64,000 nucleotides of DNA from Bacteroidota bacterium (lineage in GTDB: Bacteria > Bacteroidota > Ignavibacteria > UBA10030 > UBA8401). Position 1 is the first letter of the stretch; each line of letters begins with the position of its first letter. Below are positions 42,914 to 52,423 of the stretch, one piece after another. The translations under genes were made by a program, and so were the position numbers. A model generated the notes under the pieces. The model did not search any database. It saw only the letters and a program-made list of their open reading frames with translations, and was not told the origin of the DNA. Where the stretch lies: the NCBI GenBank assembly GCA_005792285.1, contig SXSI01000049.1, forward strand, positions 19,589 to 83,588, read 5' to 3'.

Positions 42914-43642
42914 ATGGCTGAAAATATTAAAAGTACACTTGTAATAATTCCGACTTATAACGAAGCTGAAAATATTAAACAATTAATTTCAGAAATATTA
43001 TCAAAAGGAAAAGGAATCGAAGTATTAGTTGTCGATGATAATTCAATTGACGGAACTGCAAAAATAATTTGGACTCTACAAAAGAAAAATAAAAAAATTC
43101 ATTTAATCGAGCGGGAAAGTAAGCAAGGACTTGGTACTGCATACATTGCAGGATTTAAATATGCATTGACTCATAACTTCGATTATATCTTTGAAATGGA
43201 TGCCGATTTTTCTCATAATCCGATTGAACTCCCAAATTTTTTATATGAAATTCAAAAATATGATTTAGTTTTAGGTTCACGATATATAAATGGAGTTAGT
43301 GTTGTTCACTGGCCAATTAGAAGATTGCTTTTAAGTTATTTCGCAAATAAATATAGTCGTGTAATCACCGGTCTTCCATTAAAAGATGCAACGGGAGGAT
43401 TTAAATGTTTTAGAAGAATTGTTTTAGAAAATATAAATCTCGATAAAGTTAAATCAAATGGTTATTCATTTCAAATTGAAATGAGTTTCAAAGCGTGGAA
43501 AAAAGGATTTAATCTTAAAGAAATTCCAATAACATTTGTTGATCGGCGTAAAGGACTTTCAAAAATGAATAAAAAAATTGTTTACGAAGCCGTTTTCATG
43601 GTTTGGAAATTACGCATTCGTTCGTTTCTAAATAGATTGTAA
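42914..43642 (+). CDS. GT2 polyprenol-phosphate glycosyltransferase (dolichol-phosphate mannosyltransferase-like)
   Basis: 'LVIIPTYNEAENI', 'VVDDNSIDGT' and 'MDADFSHNP'. Confidence 0.75.
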   Translation: MAENIKSTLVIIPTYNEAENIKQLISEILSKGKGIEVLVVDDNSIDGTAKIIWTLQKKNKKIHLIERESKQGLGTAYIAGFKYALTHNFDYIFEMDADFSHNPIELPNFLYEIQKYDLVLGSRYINGVSVVHWPIRRLLLSYFANKYSRVITGLPLKDATGGFKCFRRIVLENINLDKVKSNGYSFQIEMSFKAWKKGFNLKEIPITFVDRRKGLSKMNKKIVYEAVFMVWKLRIRSFLNRL

Positions 43643-43653
43643 TTTTCTTTCAA

Positions 43654-45651
43654 ATGGATCTTTCAATAATAATCGTTAATTATAACGTTCGAGATTTTTT
43701 AAGACAATCGTTAGAATCACTTCAAAAATCAGTTCAACATTTACAAAGTGAAATAATTGTAGTTGATAATGCCTCTGACGATGGCAGTATTGAAATGCTC
43801 CGTTCGGAATTCGAAACCGTAAAAATTATTACTAACCAAACCAATATTGGTTTTGGAAAAGCAAATAATCAAGCAATGCAAATTGCAAAAGGGAAATATT
43901 TTTTACTTATAAATCCGGACACTTTAGTTCAAGAAGATACAATTAGTATACTTCATAATTATTTAGAAAATAATAAACAAGTTGGATTTGTTGGTTGCAA
44001 AATTTTAAATGCCGATGGAACTTTGCAGCTTCCTTGCCGAAGAAGTATCCCAACTCCGTGGGTTGCTTTCTCTAAAATCGTTGGTTTAAGTAGGTTATTT
44101 CCTAAATCTAAATTATTTGCTAAATATAATTTAACATATTTAGATGAAAATGAAATTACTGAAGTTGATGCATTAAGTGGTTCATTTATGATGCTTCCTC
44201 GAGAAATTTTTGAAACCGTCGGTGGTTTTGATGAACAATATTTTATGTACGGCGAAGATTTAGATTTGTGTTATCGAGCAAAAAATAATGGATGGAAAGT
44301 TATTTACAATCCTTCAACTCAAATAATACATTACAAAGGTGAAAGTACAAAACGAAGTTCAATTGATGAATTGAATCATTTTTATACTGCAATGAAAATA
44401 TTTTACAGAAAACATTTGCATTCAAGTTTAATATTCAATTTGATTATTGAGTCCAGTATTTCTTCTCGTTATTTATTTGCATCATTGAAAAATATTCTTC
44501 GTAATTATTTAGCCCCACTTATTGATTTTATTTTTACGCTACTTTCATTTTTTATTGCAGAGTATTTACGAAAAGAAAAAATACTTTCATTCCCGGAATA
44601 TGCATATCCTTGGGTTTATATTATTCCATCATTAATAATTTTATTATCACTTTATCTTTCTAAAGTATATACATTATTTAAATTATCAATCTCAAGAACA
44701 ATACTCGGAGTAAGTTTAGGATTGTTATTGATTGCAACTGTAACTGCATTTGTAAAAGATTTTGCATTTAGTCGCGCTATATTAATTTATTTTTATTTAT
44801 TCACGTTATTATTTTTATCAAGTTGGAGATTTATTTTATGGTATTTTGGATTTCCTTCAAAAACAAAACCAAAAACACTTTTTAGCAGAAGAGGAATTAT
44901 TGTTGGCGTTTCAGAAGTAAGCGTGAAGGTACTTTCCAAATTACGATTACAAATTTATGAAGGTTATGATATAATAGGTTTTATCGATACCACACATTTG
45001 AGAATTGGAGAAAAAATTAATGGAATTCCTATTTTGGGAAGTGTTGAATCTATTGTAAAAATTGTAAACGATTATAAAATTACAGATATAATATTTTCAT
45101 CAAGCGATTTAAAAAATGAAACCATTCTTTCTATTGTCGCGAGAACAAAAAGAAATTATTTAGCTTACTCGGTTGTTCCGAGTTCAATTGAAATGATGAT
45201 AAGTAAATCTGGTATTAATTATTTTGGAGATATTCCTTTTATAGCGATTGAAAATAATTCAAATAAATTAATTTACAAATCAGTTAAACGATTATTCGAT
45301 CTGTTTATTGGAATTCTTTTGATTATTGTTACCCCTTTTGTATATTTATTTTCTAAAAAGAATAATAAAAAAATAATTATGAATTCAGCTTTATCACTTT
45401 TGAAAGGGGAAATATCAGCAGTTGGTAGAAATATTAATTCTAAAAATGAAAATGCTAATTCAATTGGAAAAATCGGATTAACAAGTATTACTCAATTACT
45501 CAACACAGAAAATTTCTCACAAAAAGAAAAAGAGGAATTAGATTTATATTATTCCAGCAATCAATCATTATTTCTTGATTTAGAAGTATTCTTCACTGCA
45601 CTATTTCAAGGAAAAATATTTAATTCAATGAGTGAAATATGGCAAAAGTAA
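43654..45651 (+). CDS. Fusion protein: N-terminal GT2 glycosyltransferase, a TM block, a CoA-binding-like domain and a degenerate C-terminal sugar-transferase remnant
   Basis: '[13 protein letters not shown]...[10 protein letters not shown]...[10 protein letters not shown]' is GT2. 'IGFIDT...INGIPILG' is the WbaP N-domain. The tail retains '[14 protein letters not shown]' and 'LDLYYSS' but lacks the KFRTM/PRPE catalytic core. Confidence 0.55.
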   Translation: MDLSIIIVNYNVRDFLRQSLESLQKSVQHLQSEIIVVDNASDDGSIEMLRSEFETVKIITNQTNIGFGKANNQAMQIAKGKYFLLINPDTLVQEDTISILHNYLENNKQVGFVGCKILNADGTLQLPCRRSIPTPWVAFSKIVGLSRLFPKSKLFAKYNLTYLDENEITEVDALSGSFMMLPREIFETVGGFDEQYFMYGEDLDLCYRAKNNGWKVIYNPSTQIIHYKGESTKRSSIDELNHFYTAMKIFYRKHLHSSLIFNLIIESSISSRYLFASLKNILRNYLAPLIDFIFTLLSFFIAEYLRKEKILSFPEYAYPWVYIIPSLIILLSLYLSKVYTLFKLSISRTILGVSLGLLLIATVTAFVKDFAFSRAILIYFYLFTLLFLSSWRFILWYFGFPSKTKPKTLFSRRGIIVGVSEVSVKVLSKLRLQIYEGYDIIGFIDTTHLRIGEKINGIPILGSVESIVKIVNDYKITDIIFSSSDLKNETILSIVARTKRNYLAYSVVPSSIEMMISKSGINYFGDIPFIAIENNSNKLIYKSVKRLFDLFIGILLIIVTPFVYLFSKKNNKKIIMNSALSLLKGEISAVGRNINSKNENANSIGKIGLTSITQLLNTENFSQKEKEELDLYYSSNQSLFLDLEVFFTALFQGKIFNSMSEIWQK

Positions 45652-46589
45652 TTTTAGAATTTGAGAAGCCAATTGTTGAATTGGAAAATAAAATTGAAGA
45701 GATGAAAAAACTAAGTGGCAATTTCGATATTAGTAATGAAGTTGTTAAATTAGAAAAGAAAGTCAATGAATTACGAATGACAGTATTTACAAATTTAACA
45801 CGATGGCAGAAAGTTCAATTAGCCCGACATCCAGATCGGCCATATACTTTGGATTATATTTCATTAATGTGCGAAGATTTTATTGAGCTTCACGGAGATC
45901 GAAATTTTGGTGACGATAAAGCAATTATCGGTGGATTCGCAAAATTAGGCGAACATTCTGTTTTGTTAATCGGTCAACAAAAGGGAAGAGATACGAAATC
46001 AAATATTTTCAGGAATTTTGGAATGCCTCATCCCGAAGGTTACAGAAAAGCTCTACGATTAATGAAACTTGCGGTAAAATTTAACAAACCAATTATAACA
46101 TTGATTGACACTCCGGGCGCTTCTCCGGGAATTGAAGCTGAAGAACGTGGACAAGCTGAAGCGATTGCACGTAATATTTTTGAAATGTCTGGATTTCCGG
46201 TTCCAATAATTGTTGTAATAATTGGTGAAGGAGCATCTGGTGGCGCGTTTGGACTTGGTGTTGGTGATAGAATTTTAATGTTGGAAAATACTTGGTATTC
46301 TGTAATTGCTCCAGAATCTTGCTCAAGTATTTTATGGCGAAGTTGGGATTATAAAGAACAAGCAGCCGAGGCTCTAAAATTAACTGCTCCCGATTTATTA
46401 GAACAAAAAATAATTGACCGGATTGTTCCGGAACCTTTAGGTGGAGCTCATCGTGATCATCAAAAAATTGCAACTATTCTAAAAGCAATATTAATTGATG
46501 AATTAAAAATGTTGAAAAAAATAAAACCTGAAAAATTAATTGAACAGAGAATAAAAAAATTCGGAAATATGGGAGAATGGGAAAATTAA
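45639..46589 (+). CDS. accA: Acetyl-CoA carboxylase carboxyltransferase alpha subunit
   Basis: '[35 protein letters not shown]' and 'GEGASGGA'. Confidence 0.85.
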   Translation: MAKVILEFEKPIVELENKIEEMKKLSGNFDISNEVVKLEKKVNELRMTVFTNLTRWQKVQLARHPDRPYTLDYISLMCEDFIELHGDRNFGDDKAIIGGFAKLGEHSVLLIGQQKGRDTKSNIFRNFGMPHPEGYRKALRLMKLAVKFNKPIITLIDTPGASPGIEAEERGQAEAIARNIFEMSGFPVPIIVVIIGEGASGGAFGLGVGDRILMLENTWYSVIAPESCSSILWRSWDYKEQAAEALKLTAPDLLEQKIIDRIVPEPLGGAHRDHQKIATILKAILIDELKMLKKIKPEKLIEQRIKKFGNMGEWEN

Positions 46590-46592
46590 TAA

Positions 46593-46778
46593 ATGGTTAA
46601 TAAAGAATTACTAAATATACTTTGCTGTCCAGTTTGTAAAGGAGAACTCAAATTAATTCTTCAAAATAAAGTTTTACAATGCTCTAAATGTGAAGAAAAA
46701 TATTCCATTGTAGATGATATTCCAATAATGTTGCCAGGGGAATATAGCCGTACTGAAAAAGTACAAACCTCGAAATAA
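46593..46778 (+). CDS. Trm112-like small zinc-ribbon protein (UPF0434 family)
   Basis: 61 aa. 'LLNILCCPVCKGEL...LQCSKCEEKYSIVDDIPIML'. Confidence 0.6.
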   Translation: MVNKELLNILCCPVCKGELKLILQNKVLQCSKCEEKYSIVDDIPIMLPGEYSRTEKVQTSK

Positions 46779-46782
46779 ATTA

Positions 46783-47634
46783 ATGCAATTAGAAAATAAT
46801 AATATCCGAAGGATTGTTGAACAAGCACTCCGTGAAGATATTGGATTAGGTGATATAACTTCGGAAGCTACAATTCCTGAAGATAAATCGAGCAGAGCTT
46901 CAATTGCTGTAAAAGAAAATTGTATAATTTCAGGAATAGATATTTCTCAACTTGTTTATTCAATTATTGATCCTGATTTATCATTCAGAAAAAAAGTTGA
47001 AAATGGAAGTATGATTTCAAAAAACAGTGAAATTGTTTTTTTAGAAGGTAAAACTAAAAATATTTTACTTGGTGAAAGAGTTGCATTAAATTTTTTACAA
47101 AGATTGTCCGGAGTTGCAACACTCACACATAAATTTGTTCACGCAGTTTCAAATACAAAAGCAAAAATTACAGATACACGAAAAACTACTCCGGGATTAA
47201 GATTTTTAGAGAAAGCTGCAGTAGTTGATGGCGGCGGTGTGAATCATCGTTTTGGCTTGGATAATATGATTTTAATAAAAGACAATCACATAACTGCAAT
47301 TGGTGGAGTTAAAAATGCAATTAATGAAATCAGTAAATCCCTTCACCAAAAAAAAATAAATGTTCCTATCGAAATTGAAGTTGAATCACTTGAACAATTG
47401 GAAGAAGTTATGTTGATTGGAAATGTAAACAGAATAATGTTGGACAATTTTTCGATTGACGATATGCGAACTGCAGTTTTAATGATAACAGGGAAATATG
47501 AAGTTGAAGCTTCCGGTGGAATTAATCTTGAAAATGTTCGTGAAATTGCAGAAACTGGAGTTGATTTTATTTCAGTTGGTGCGCTGACGCATTCTTTTAA
47601 TTCAATTGATATCTCTTTGGAAGTCCTCACATAA
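46783..47634 (+). CDS. nadC: Nicotinate-nucleotide pyrophosphorylase (carboxylating)
   Basis: 'LREDIGLGDITS', 'GGGVNHRFGLDNMILIKDNHI' and the C-terminal TIM barrel pattern. Confidence 0.85.
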   Translation: MQLENNNIRRIVEQALREDIGLGDITSEATIPEDKSSRASIAVKENCIISGIDISQLVYSIIDPDLSFRKKVENGSMISKNSEIVFLEGKTKNILLGERVALNFLQRLSGVATLTHKFVHAVSNTKAKITDTRKTTPGLRFLEKAAVVDGGGVNHRFGLDNMILIKDNHITAIGGVKNAINEISKSLHQKKINVPIEIEVESLEQLEEVMLIGNVNRIMLDNFSIDDMRTAVLMITGKYEVEASGGINLENVREIAETGVDFISVGALTHSFNSIDISLEVLT

Positions 47635-49088
47635 TGTTTGATAAAATAAAACGACTTTTTACTGAAACTGCAATTTATGGTTTCAGTACAATTATTGCGC
47701 GACTTCTAAATTTTTTACTCGTCCCATTCTATACAAATATTTTAGTTCCGCAAGAATACGGAATCGTTGCTTATATTTTTTCTCTAATTGCAATTTGTGG
47801 AATGCTTTATGGATTTGGTCTTGAAGCAGCATATTTTAAATTTGCTTCAAATAGTGATGAAAAAAATGCAAAGCAAACTTTCAGTACTGCATATATTTCA
47901 ATAATTGTAACTTCAACACTTTTATCTTTAATTATTATTTTTAGTGGAAAATCGATCCTTCAACTTATTTCTTTAGATGAAATATATTTACAAAGTATTT
48001 ATTCTGCAGCAGTTACACTCGCATTTGATTCATTTGCGATAATTCCATTTGCGGCTTTAAGATTACAACATAGAGCAAAATATTTTGCAATTGTTAAAAT
48101 ATTAAATATTGTAATTACAATTCTTTCAAATATATATTTTCTATTAATTATAAATTATGGCGTAAACGGAATTTTATTAAGTAGCGCAATTGCATCTGTT
48201 TCAACTGTAATATTATTATTGCCAGTTATAATTAAGGAACTTAAATTTAAACTTGACTCTAAACTTATTGAGCAACTTTGGAAATATGGACTTCCACTAA
48301 TCCCCGCAGGAATTGCAACTGTATCGCTACAAATAATTGATAGACCAATTCTAAAATTTCTAACGGACGATGCTACTGTAGGAATTTATCAAGCAAATTA
48401 TAGATTGGGAATATTTATGATGTTAGTTGTACAAATGTTTGATTTCGCGTGGAGACCATTTTATTTTTCTGTGTCAAAAGATGATAATGCAAAAAAAATA
48501 ATTTCACGAGTTATGATTTATTTATTAACAGGTTTGGTGATGGTATTTCTGATTATTACATTTTTTATAACTGATATTGTCTCTGTTAACATTCTTGGAA
48601 AAACTTTAATCCACCAAAATTATTGGAGCGGATTACCAATTGTCCCAATTATACTTTTAAGTTATCTTATTTTTGGAATGTCAAATATATTTTCTGCAGG
48701 ATTATATATTGAGAAGAAAACCCATTTGGTTCCGATTGGCTCATTTATAGCGGCTGGAATTAAAATTGTTCTAACAATTATTTTAGTCCCAAAATTTGGA
48801 ATAATGGGGGCCGCACTTGCAACCTTAATTGCATACAGTACACTTGCAATTGCAATGTTTTATTTGGCTCAAAAAGTTTATCCAATTAAATACGAATGGT
48901 TAAGAATTTATAAATTAATATTTGTTGCTTTAGTTATTTTTCTGTTGAATATATTTTTTGGGCAATATGCTTCAAATCAAATAATATTGAAAATAATATT
49001 AATCCTTCTCTTTATACCATTGATGTTTTTAGTTAGGTTTTTTGACGAACAGGAAAAAAATAAGTTAAAAAAAATATTTGTTGTATAG
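47634..49088 (+). CDS. MOP-superfamily oligosaccharide flippase (Wzx/MurJ-like polysaccharide biosynthesis protein)
   Basis: 14 predicted TM helices. N-terminal 'GFSTIIARLLNFLLVPFYTNIL' motif. Confidence 0.6.
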   Translation: MFDKIKRLFTETAIYGFSTIIARLLNFLLVPFYTNILVPQEYGIVAYIFSLIAICGMLYGFGLEAAYFKFASNSDEKNAKQTFSTAYISIIVTSTLLSLIIIFSGKSILQLISLDEIYLQSIYSAAVTLAFDSFAIIPFAALRLQHRAKYFAIVKILNIVITILSNIYFLLIINYGVNGILLSSAIASVSTVILLLPVIIKELKFKLDSKLIEQLWKYGLPLIPAGIATVSLQIIDRPILKFLTDDATVGIYQANYRLGIFMMLVVQMFDFAWRPFYFSVSKDDNAKKIISRVMIYLLTGLVMVFLIITFFITDIVSVNILGKTLIHQNYWSGLPIVPIILLSYLIFGMSNIFSAGLYIEKKTHLVPIGSFIAAGIKIVLTIILVPKFGIMGAALATLIAYSTLAIAMFYLAQKVYPIKYEWLRIYKLIFVALVIFLLNIFFGQYASNQIILKIILILLFIPLMFLVRFFDEQEKNKLKKIFVV

Positions 49089-49139
49089 TCCTAAAAAATA
49101 TTCTATGTTTAACCAAAGTTCTTTTTCATAATCGATGTT

Positions 49140-49323
49140 TGGTGTTTAAGTGCGAAAGCCTTGAGCTAAAAGGGAATTCCGTAGAAACGGAAGCTGACCC
49201 GCAACAGTAAATGAAATTTATTTCATTAGCCTGAAAACCTGCCAACATCTTTTGCATAAACCTTCGAGGAAAGAGGAATTATGTTTAACCCAATCATAAT
49301 TTATTTTCCGATTGGGTTTTTTA
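49140..49323 (+). promoter_or_regulatory. Cobalamin riboswitch (copy 1) with a terminator-type expression platform
   Basis: 'AAAAGGGAA..GCTGACCCGCAACAGTAA' conserved core, plus the B12 box 'AGCCTGAAAACCTGCC' at 49228-49243. Hairpin plus T-tract at the 3' end. Confidence 0.75.
49289..49323 (+). terminator. Intrinsic terminator: 7-bp stem CCCAATC/GATTGGG followed by T7
   Basis: Perfect inverted repeat followed by 'TTTTTTT'. Forms the off-state of riboswitch 1. Confidence 0.6.
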
Positions 49324-49350
49324 TTTAATACAAATTGAAAGGATATAAAA

Positions 49351-49875
49351 ATGAAAAAAAGTGAAGTTAAAATTCCAAATTATATTATAATTGGATTGAT
49401 ATTGGTTGCAGCTTTATCAAGACTGCTTCCTCATCAACCAAATTTTACTCCAATTGGTGCAATTGCAATTTTTGCTGGAGTATTTTTACGTGGTAAATAT
49501 ATTTTTGTTTTGCCAACCCTGGCATTATTAATTAGCGACTATATTCTTGGATTTTATAATGGAATGATTTGGGTTTATAGTAGTTTTATTTCAGTTGGAT
49601 TAATTGGTATTTGGATTAGAAATAAATACAACTTTGCAAGAGTCTCAGTCGGAACAATTTCAAGTTCAATTTTATTTTTTGTTGTAACAAACTTTGGTGT
49701 TTGGCTCAATGGAAGTATTTATCCACAAAATTTACAGGGATTAGTCAGCTGTTATGTTGCTGCAATTCCATTTTTTAGAAATAGTATCTCGGGTGATATT
49801 GTTTATGTAACTGTTTTATTTGGTTCATACGAACTAATCCGCAGAAAATATTTTGTTAAACTAGCTTCAGATTGA
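49351..49875 (+). CDS. Small polytopic membrane protein regulated by cobalamin riboswitch 1. Possible vitamin-B12-related S-component-like transporter subunit
   Basis: 174 aa with 5-6 TM helices. 'LLPHQPNFTPIGAIAIFAG' is a conserved-looking N-terminus. It lies directly downstream of the riboswitch terminator. Confidence 0.45.
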   Translation: MKKSEVKIPNYIIIGLILVAALSRLLPHQPNFTPIGAIAIFAGVFLRGKYIFVLPTLALLISDYILGFYNGMIWVYSSFISVGLIGIWIRNKYNFARVSVGTISSSILFFVVTNFGVWLNGSIYPQNLQGLVSCYVAAIPFFRNSISGDIVYVTVLFGSYELIRRKYFVKLASD

Positions 49876-49904
49876 ATTTAAATTAATTTAAAATAATTGG
49901 TTTT

Positions 49905-50076
49905 CAATTCTTAACCGAAGTGAATGAAAATGTGAATTCCGTTAAAGCGAAAGCTGACCCGCAACAGTAAGTGAAGATCGCTTCACAAGCCTGGAGACTT
50001 GCCAAATGTTTATAACTTAACCTCATGGAATGAGGTGAATAATTTTCAAACCCAATCCTCACAGGTTGGGTTTTTT
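49905..50076 (+). promoter_or_regulatory. Cobalamin riboswitch (copy 2, a paralog of copy 1) with a terminator-type expression platform
   Basis: 'GTGAATTCCG...GCTGACCCGCAACAGTAA' plus the B12 box 'AGCCTGGAGACTTGCC' at 49988-50003. A 'CCTCAT..ATGAGG' antiterminator candidate. The 3' half is near-identical to copy 1. Confidence 0.7.
50051..50076 (+). terminator. Intrinsic terminator: stem CCCAATC/GGTTGGG followed by T6
   Basis: 7-bp stem (one G-U pair), 6-nt loop and a T-tract. Off-state of riboswitch 2. Confidence 0.6.
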
Positions 50077-50080
50077 ATTT

Positions 50081-50833
50081 ATGACTAAAATATTATTTAT
50101 CATTTTGAATTTGGGAAATGAAAATGATAATAATTTACGAATCAGAGCTACAATTGGTAAATCATTTCGCGAACCAATAATGAACGAGTTATATTGGACC
50201 CCCGGTGGAAATATAAATCTTAAACCTGAAGAATCTGTAAATATTGATTTTGGAATTTTATATTCAAACATTTCAAATACTGCTGAACTTGAATTAAATA
50301 TTTATTTAATTGATATTAAAGATAGAATAATTTGGTTGCCAACGAATAATGGTAATTGGTCATCATCAAATAATCATAATGTATCTTCACAGGGTATTGA
50401 GTTTCTCTCTTCACTTAGTTTAATAAAAAGTAGTTTGAAGATAAATTATAAATATTCTCTTTCACAAGTTTTAAAGAAGAATAAAACATTTGAAGATGAT
50501 ATTACTTTTAATTAACAACTCCCATATATCCCACAAGAAATTTCAACTTTAGGTGTAAATTATACTTTAGGATTTCTTTCGTTCAATATATTTCAACAAA
50601 TAACTTGATTTAGATTTACTACTGTAGATAACAATCCAAAATATATTCTTCCCTCATTTAAAAAAACAGATTTAAATATTTTGTGTAAATATTATTCTGA
50701 TAATTATATCATAACAGGAAAGTTTGAGATTGATAATTTATTTAATGAAAATTATCAAATAGCAGATCAATTTCCAGTGCCACTTCAAAATTATTTTTTA
50801 ATAATACAATTACAAACAAATCAAATTAAATAA
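50081..50833 (+). pseudogene. btuB: BtuB-like TonB-dependent receptor remnant. The signal-peptide start is fused to the C-terminal ~250 aa of the barrel, with two in-frame stops (TAA 50513, TGA 50606)
   Basis: 'MTKILFIIL' then 'LRIRATIGKSFREPIMNELYW..GGNINLKPEES' (the TBDR C-terminal block), then 'LPYIPQEISTLGVNYT...NLFNENYQIADQFPVPLQNYF', all in one frame broken by two stops. The plug and most of the barrel are absent. Confidence 0.6.
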
Positions 50834-50845
50834 AAGGCGAAACAA

Positions 50846-51201
50846 ATGAAAAATATATTAATAATAATTACTTTCACTATAATGGTCGGATATCAATTAA
50901 TTGATGATCCTGTTTCACCTAAGGATGAAATTATCCCAATTGCAAAAGGTATTTATATAGTTAACGAAGGAAATTATGGAAAGGGAAATAGTTCGCTGAG
51001 TTACTATATTCCTGATTCATTAATACATCTCAATTTAGTATAAATGGAATATTTGTAGATGAAGTGAATGAATTAATTTATATTTCTGACGCAAAAGATT
51101 ATACAAATGCTGAAGAAATTCATATTTATAAAAATGATGGTTCGAAAATTGGAAATTACAAAACTGGAATTATTCCTGGTTCAATTGCATTTGTAAGGTA
51201 G
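50846..51201 (+). pseudogene. Remnant of a YVTN/BtuG-like surface beta-propeller: an N-terminal blade and a C-terminal fragment in different frames, with the internal blades deleted
   Basis: 'MKNILIIITFTIM' signal, then the 'GIYIVNEGNYGKGNSSLSYY' blade motif, a stop, and a -1 frame 'INGIFVDEVNELIYISDAKDYTNAEEIHIYKNDGSKIGNYKTGIIPGSIAFVR*' C-terminus. Confidence 0.4.
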
Positions 51202-51220
51202 AAGTTTGATATTTTATTGA

Positions 51221-52423
51221 ATGAAAGTGAATGAAGTTGTAATTGTTGGCGGAGGTATCGCAGGAATTAGTTGCGCAGTTACACTTGCAGAAAATAATAT
51301 TCAAGCAACTTTAATTGAACAAAATAATTTTGTCGGTGGAAATACAACCTCAGGATTATTATCAACGTGGAGAGGATTTAACTCAACAAAAGTAAATGAT
51401 AAATTTTTACAGGATGTAATTAATTCTTCTGTTAAAAGTGGAATTAGTAAAGGTGTCGTTCCGGATCCATCTGGAATATCGCCATATTTATTTTCCTATC
51501 ATCCAGATTATTTCAAAGATATATTAATTGAATATTTAAATATTAATAAAGTCAAAATAAGGTTAAATACAAAAGTTGTAAGTGTCGATATCAGTAATAA
51601 AAAAATAAAATCGGTATCGACTTCTGAAGATGGGATTCAACAAAATGTTAAAAGTAAATTATTTATTGATGCAACCGGAAACGGAAATATTGCAACTTTA
51701 TGTGGTGTAAAAAAAATAGCTTCAACTCAAACGGCAGTTTATCGAATTAGAATAAGTGGTGTAAATAAAAATATTTTGAGAGAACATTTAATAAGTCATC
51801 CACTTGATTCAAGCATTCCGATTGAGTCACTTCGGAAAAATTTACTTTCATTCTGTGGTTTTGCTGAATCTGCCCGAAAATGGTACTCAAAAAATAATTC
51901 ACTTTTGCGGCTTGATGGATTTGATATTGATGAAATTCCAAATTCCGATGAAATAATAATTACGATGTTTGCATATAATTATAATTCTTCAGAAGGTAAT
52001 TCATTCTCAACTTGTATTACAAATAGTAGAATGTTATTACCGGAAGCAATTCAATTTCTAAAAAACGAATTGCCCGGATTTGCAGATTGTTATATTAGTT
52101 CTGTTGCAAATACTTTGGGATTTGTAAATAGTGAACAATTAAATTCGGAAATTGTTTTAACAGATGCGGATGTTATGCTTGGAAAATTCTTTGCAGATTC
52201 AATTGGTGAATCGCTATTACCTTCACAAAAAAATATAAAATTACAAGTTCCCGGGAAATCGATATTTGTTAATGACGTATCAAATTTATTAGTAATAGGA
52301 AGAACTATTTTGCCTTCGTTGGCATTTTATAAAAATGGAAATCCACTTTTAACTATGCAGTTAGGAAAAGCTGCAGGAATTAATGCAATTGGAATTCTTG
52401 AAAAGATGGAGAACGAAACTTGA
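51221..52423 (+). CDS. FAD-dependent oxidoreductase (PF12831-like)
   Basis: 'VVIVGGGIAGISCAVTLAE' is an intact GxGxxG dinucleotide-binding motif. Confidence 0.6.
   Translation: MKVNEVVIVGGGIAGISCAVTLAENNIQATLIEQNNFVGGNTTSGLLSTWRGFNSTKVNDKFLQDVINSSVKSGISKGVVPDPSGISPYLFSYHPDYFKDILIEYLNINKVKIRLNTKVVSVDISNKKIKSVSTSEDGIQQNVKSKLFIDATGNGNIATLCGVKKIASTQTAVYRIRISGVNKNILREHLISHPLDSSIPIESLRKNLLSFCGFAESARKWYSKNNSLLRLDGFDIDEIPNSDEIIITMFAYNYNSSEGNSFSTCITNSRMLLPEAIQFLKNELPGFADCYISSVANTLGFVNSEQLNSEIVLTDADVMLGKFFADSIGESLLPSQKNIKLQVPGKSIFVNDVSNLLVIGRTILPSLAFYKNGNPLLTMQLGKAAGINAIGILEKMENET

Noticed and set aside
49270-49349. Putative 22-codon leader ORF (MFNPIIIYFPIGFFYLIQIERI) preceded by the SD-like 'AGGAAAGAGGA' inside riboswitch 1
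   Set aside because: It overlaps the terminator stem and is not conserved in riboswitch copy 2, where the corresponding ATG gives a 4-codon ORF. It is more likely part of the expression-platform pairing than a coding leader.
50066-50080. The listed TTG start of the 149-aa ORF inside the riboswitch-2 terminator
   Set aside because: The ATG at 50081 with 'MTKILFIIL' is the more plausible original start. The TTG codons are part of the terminator stem and T-tract.
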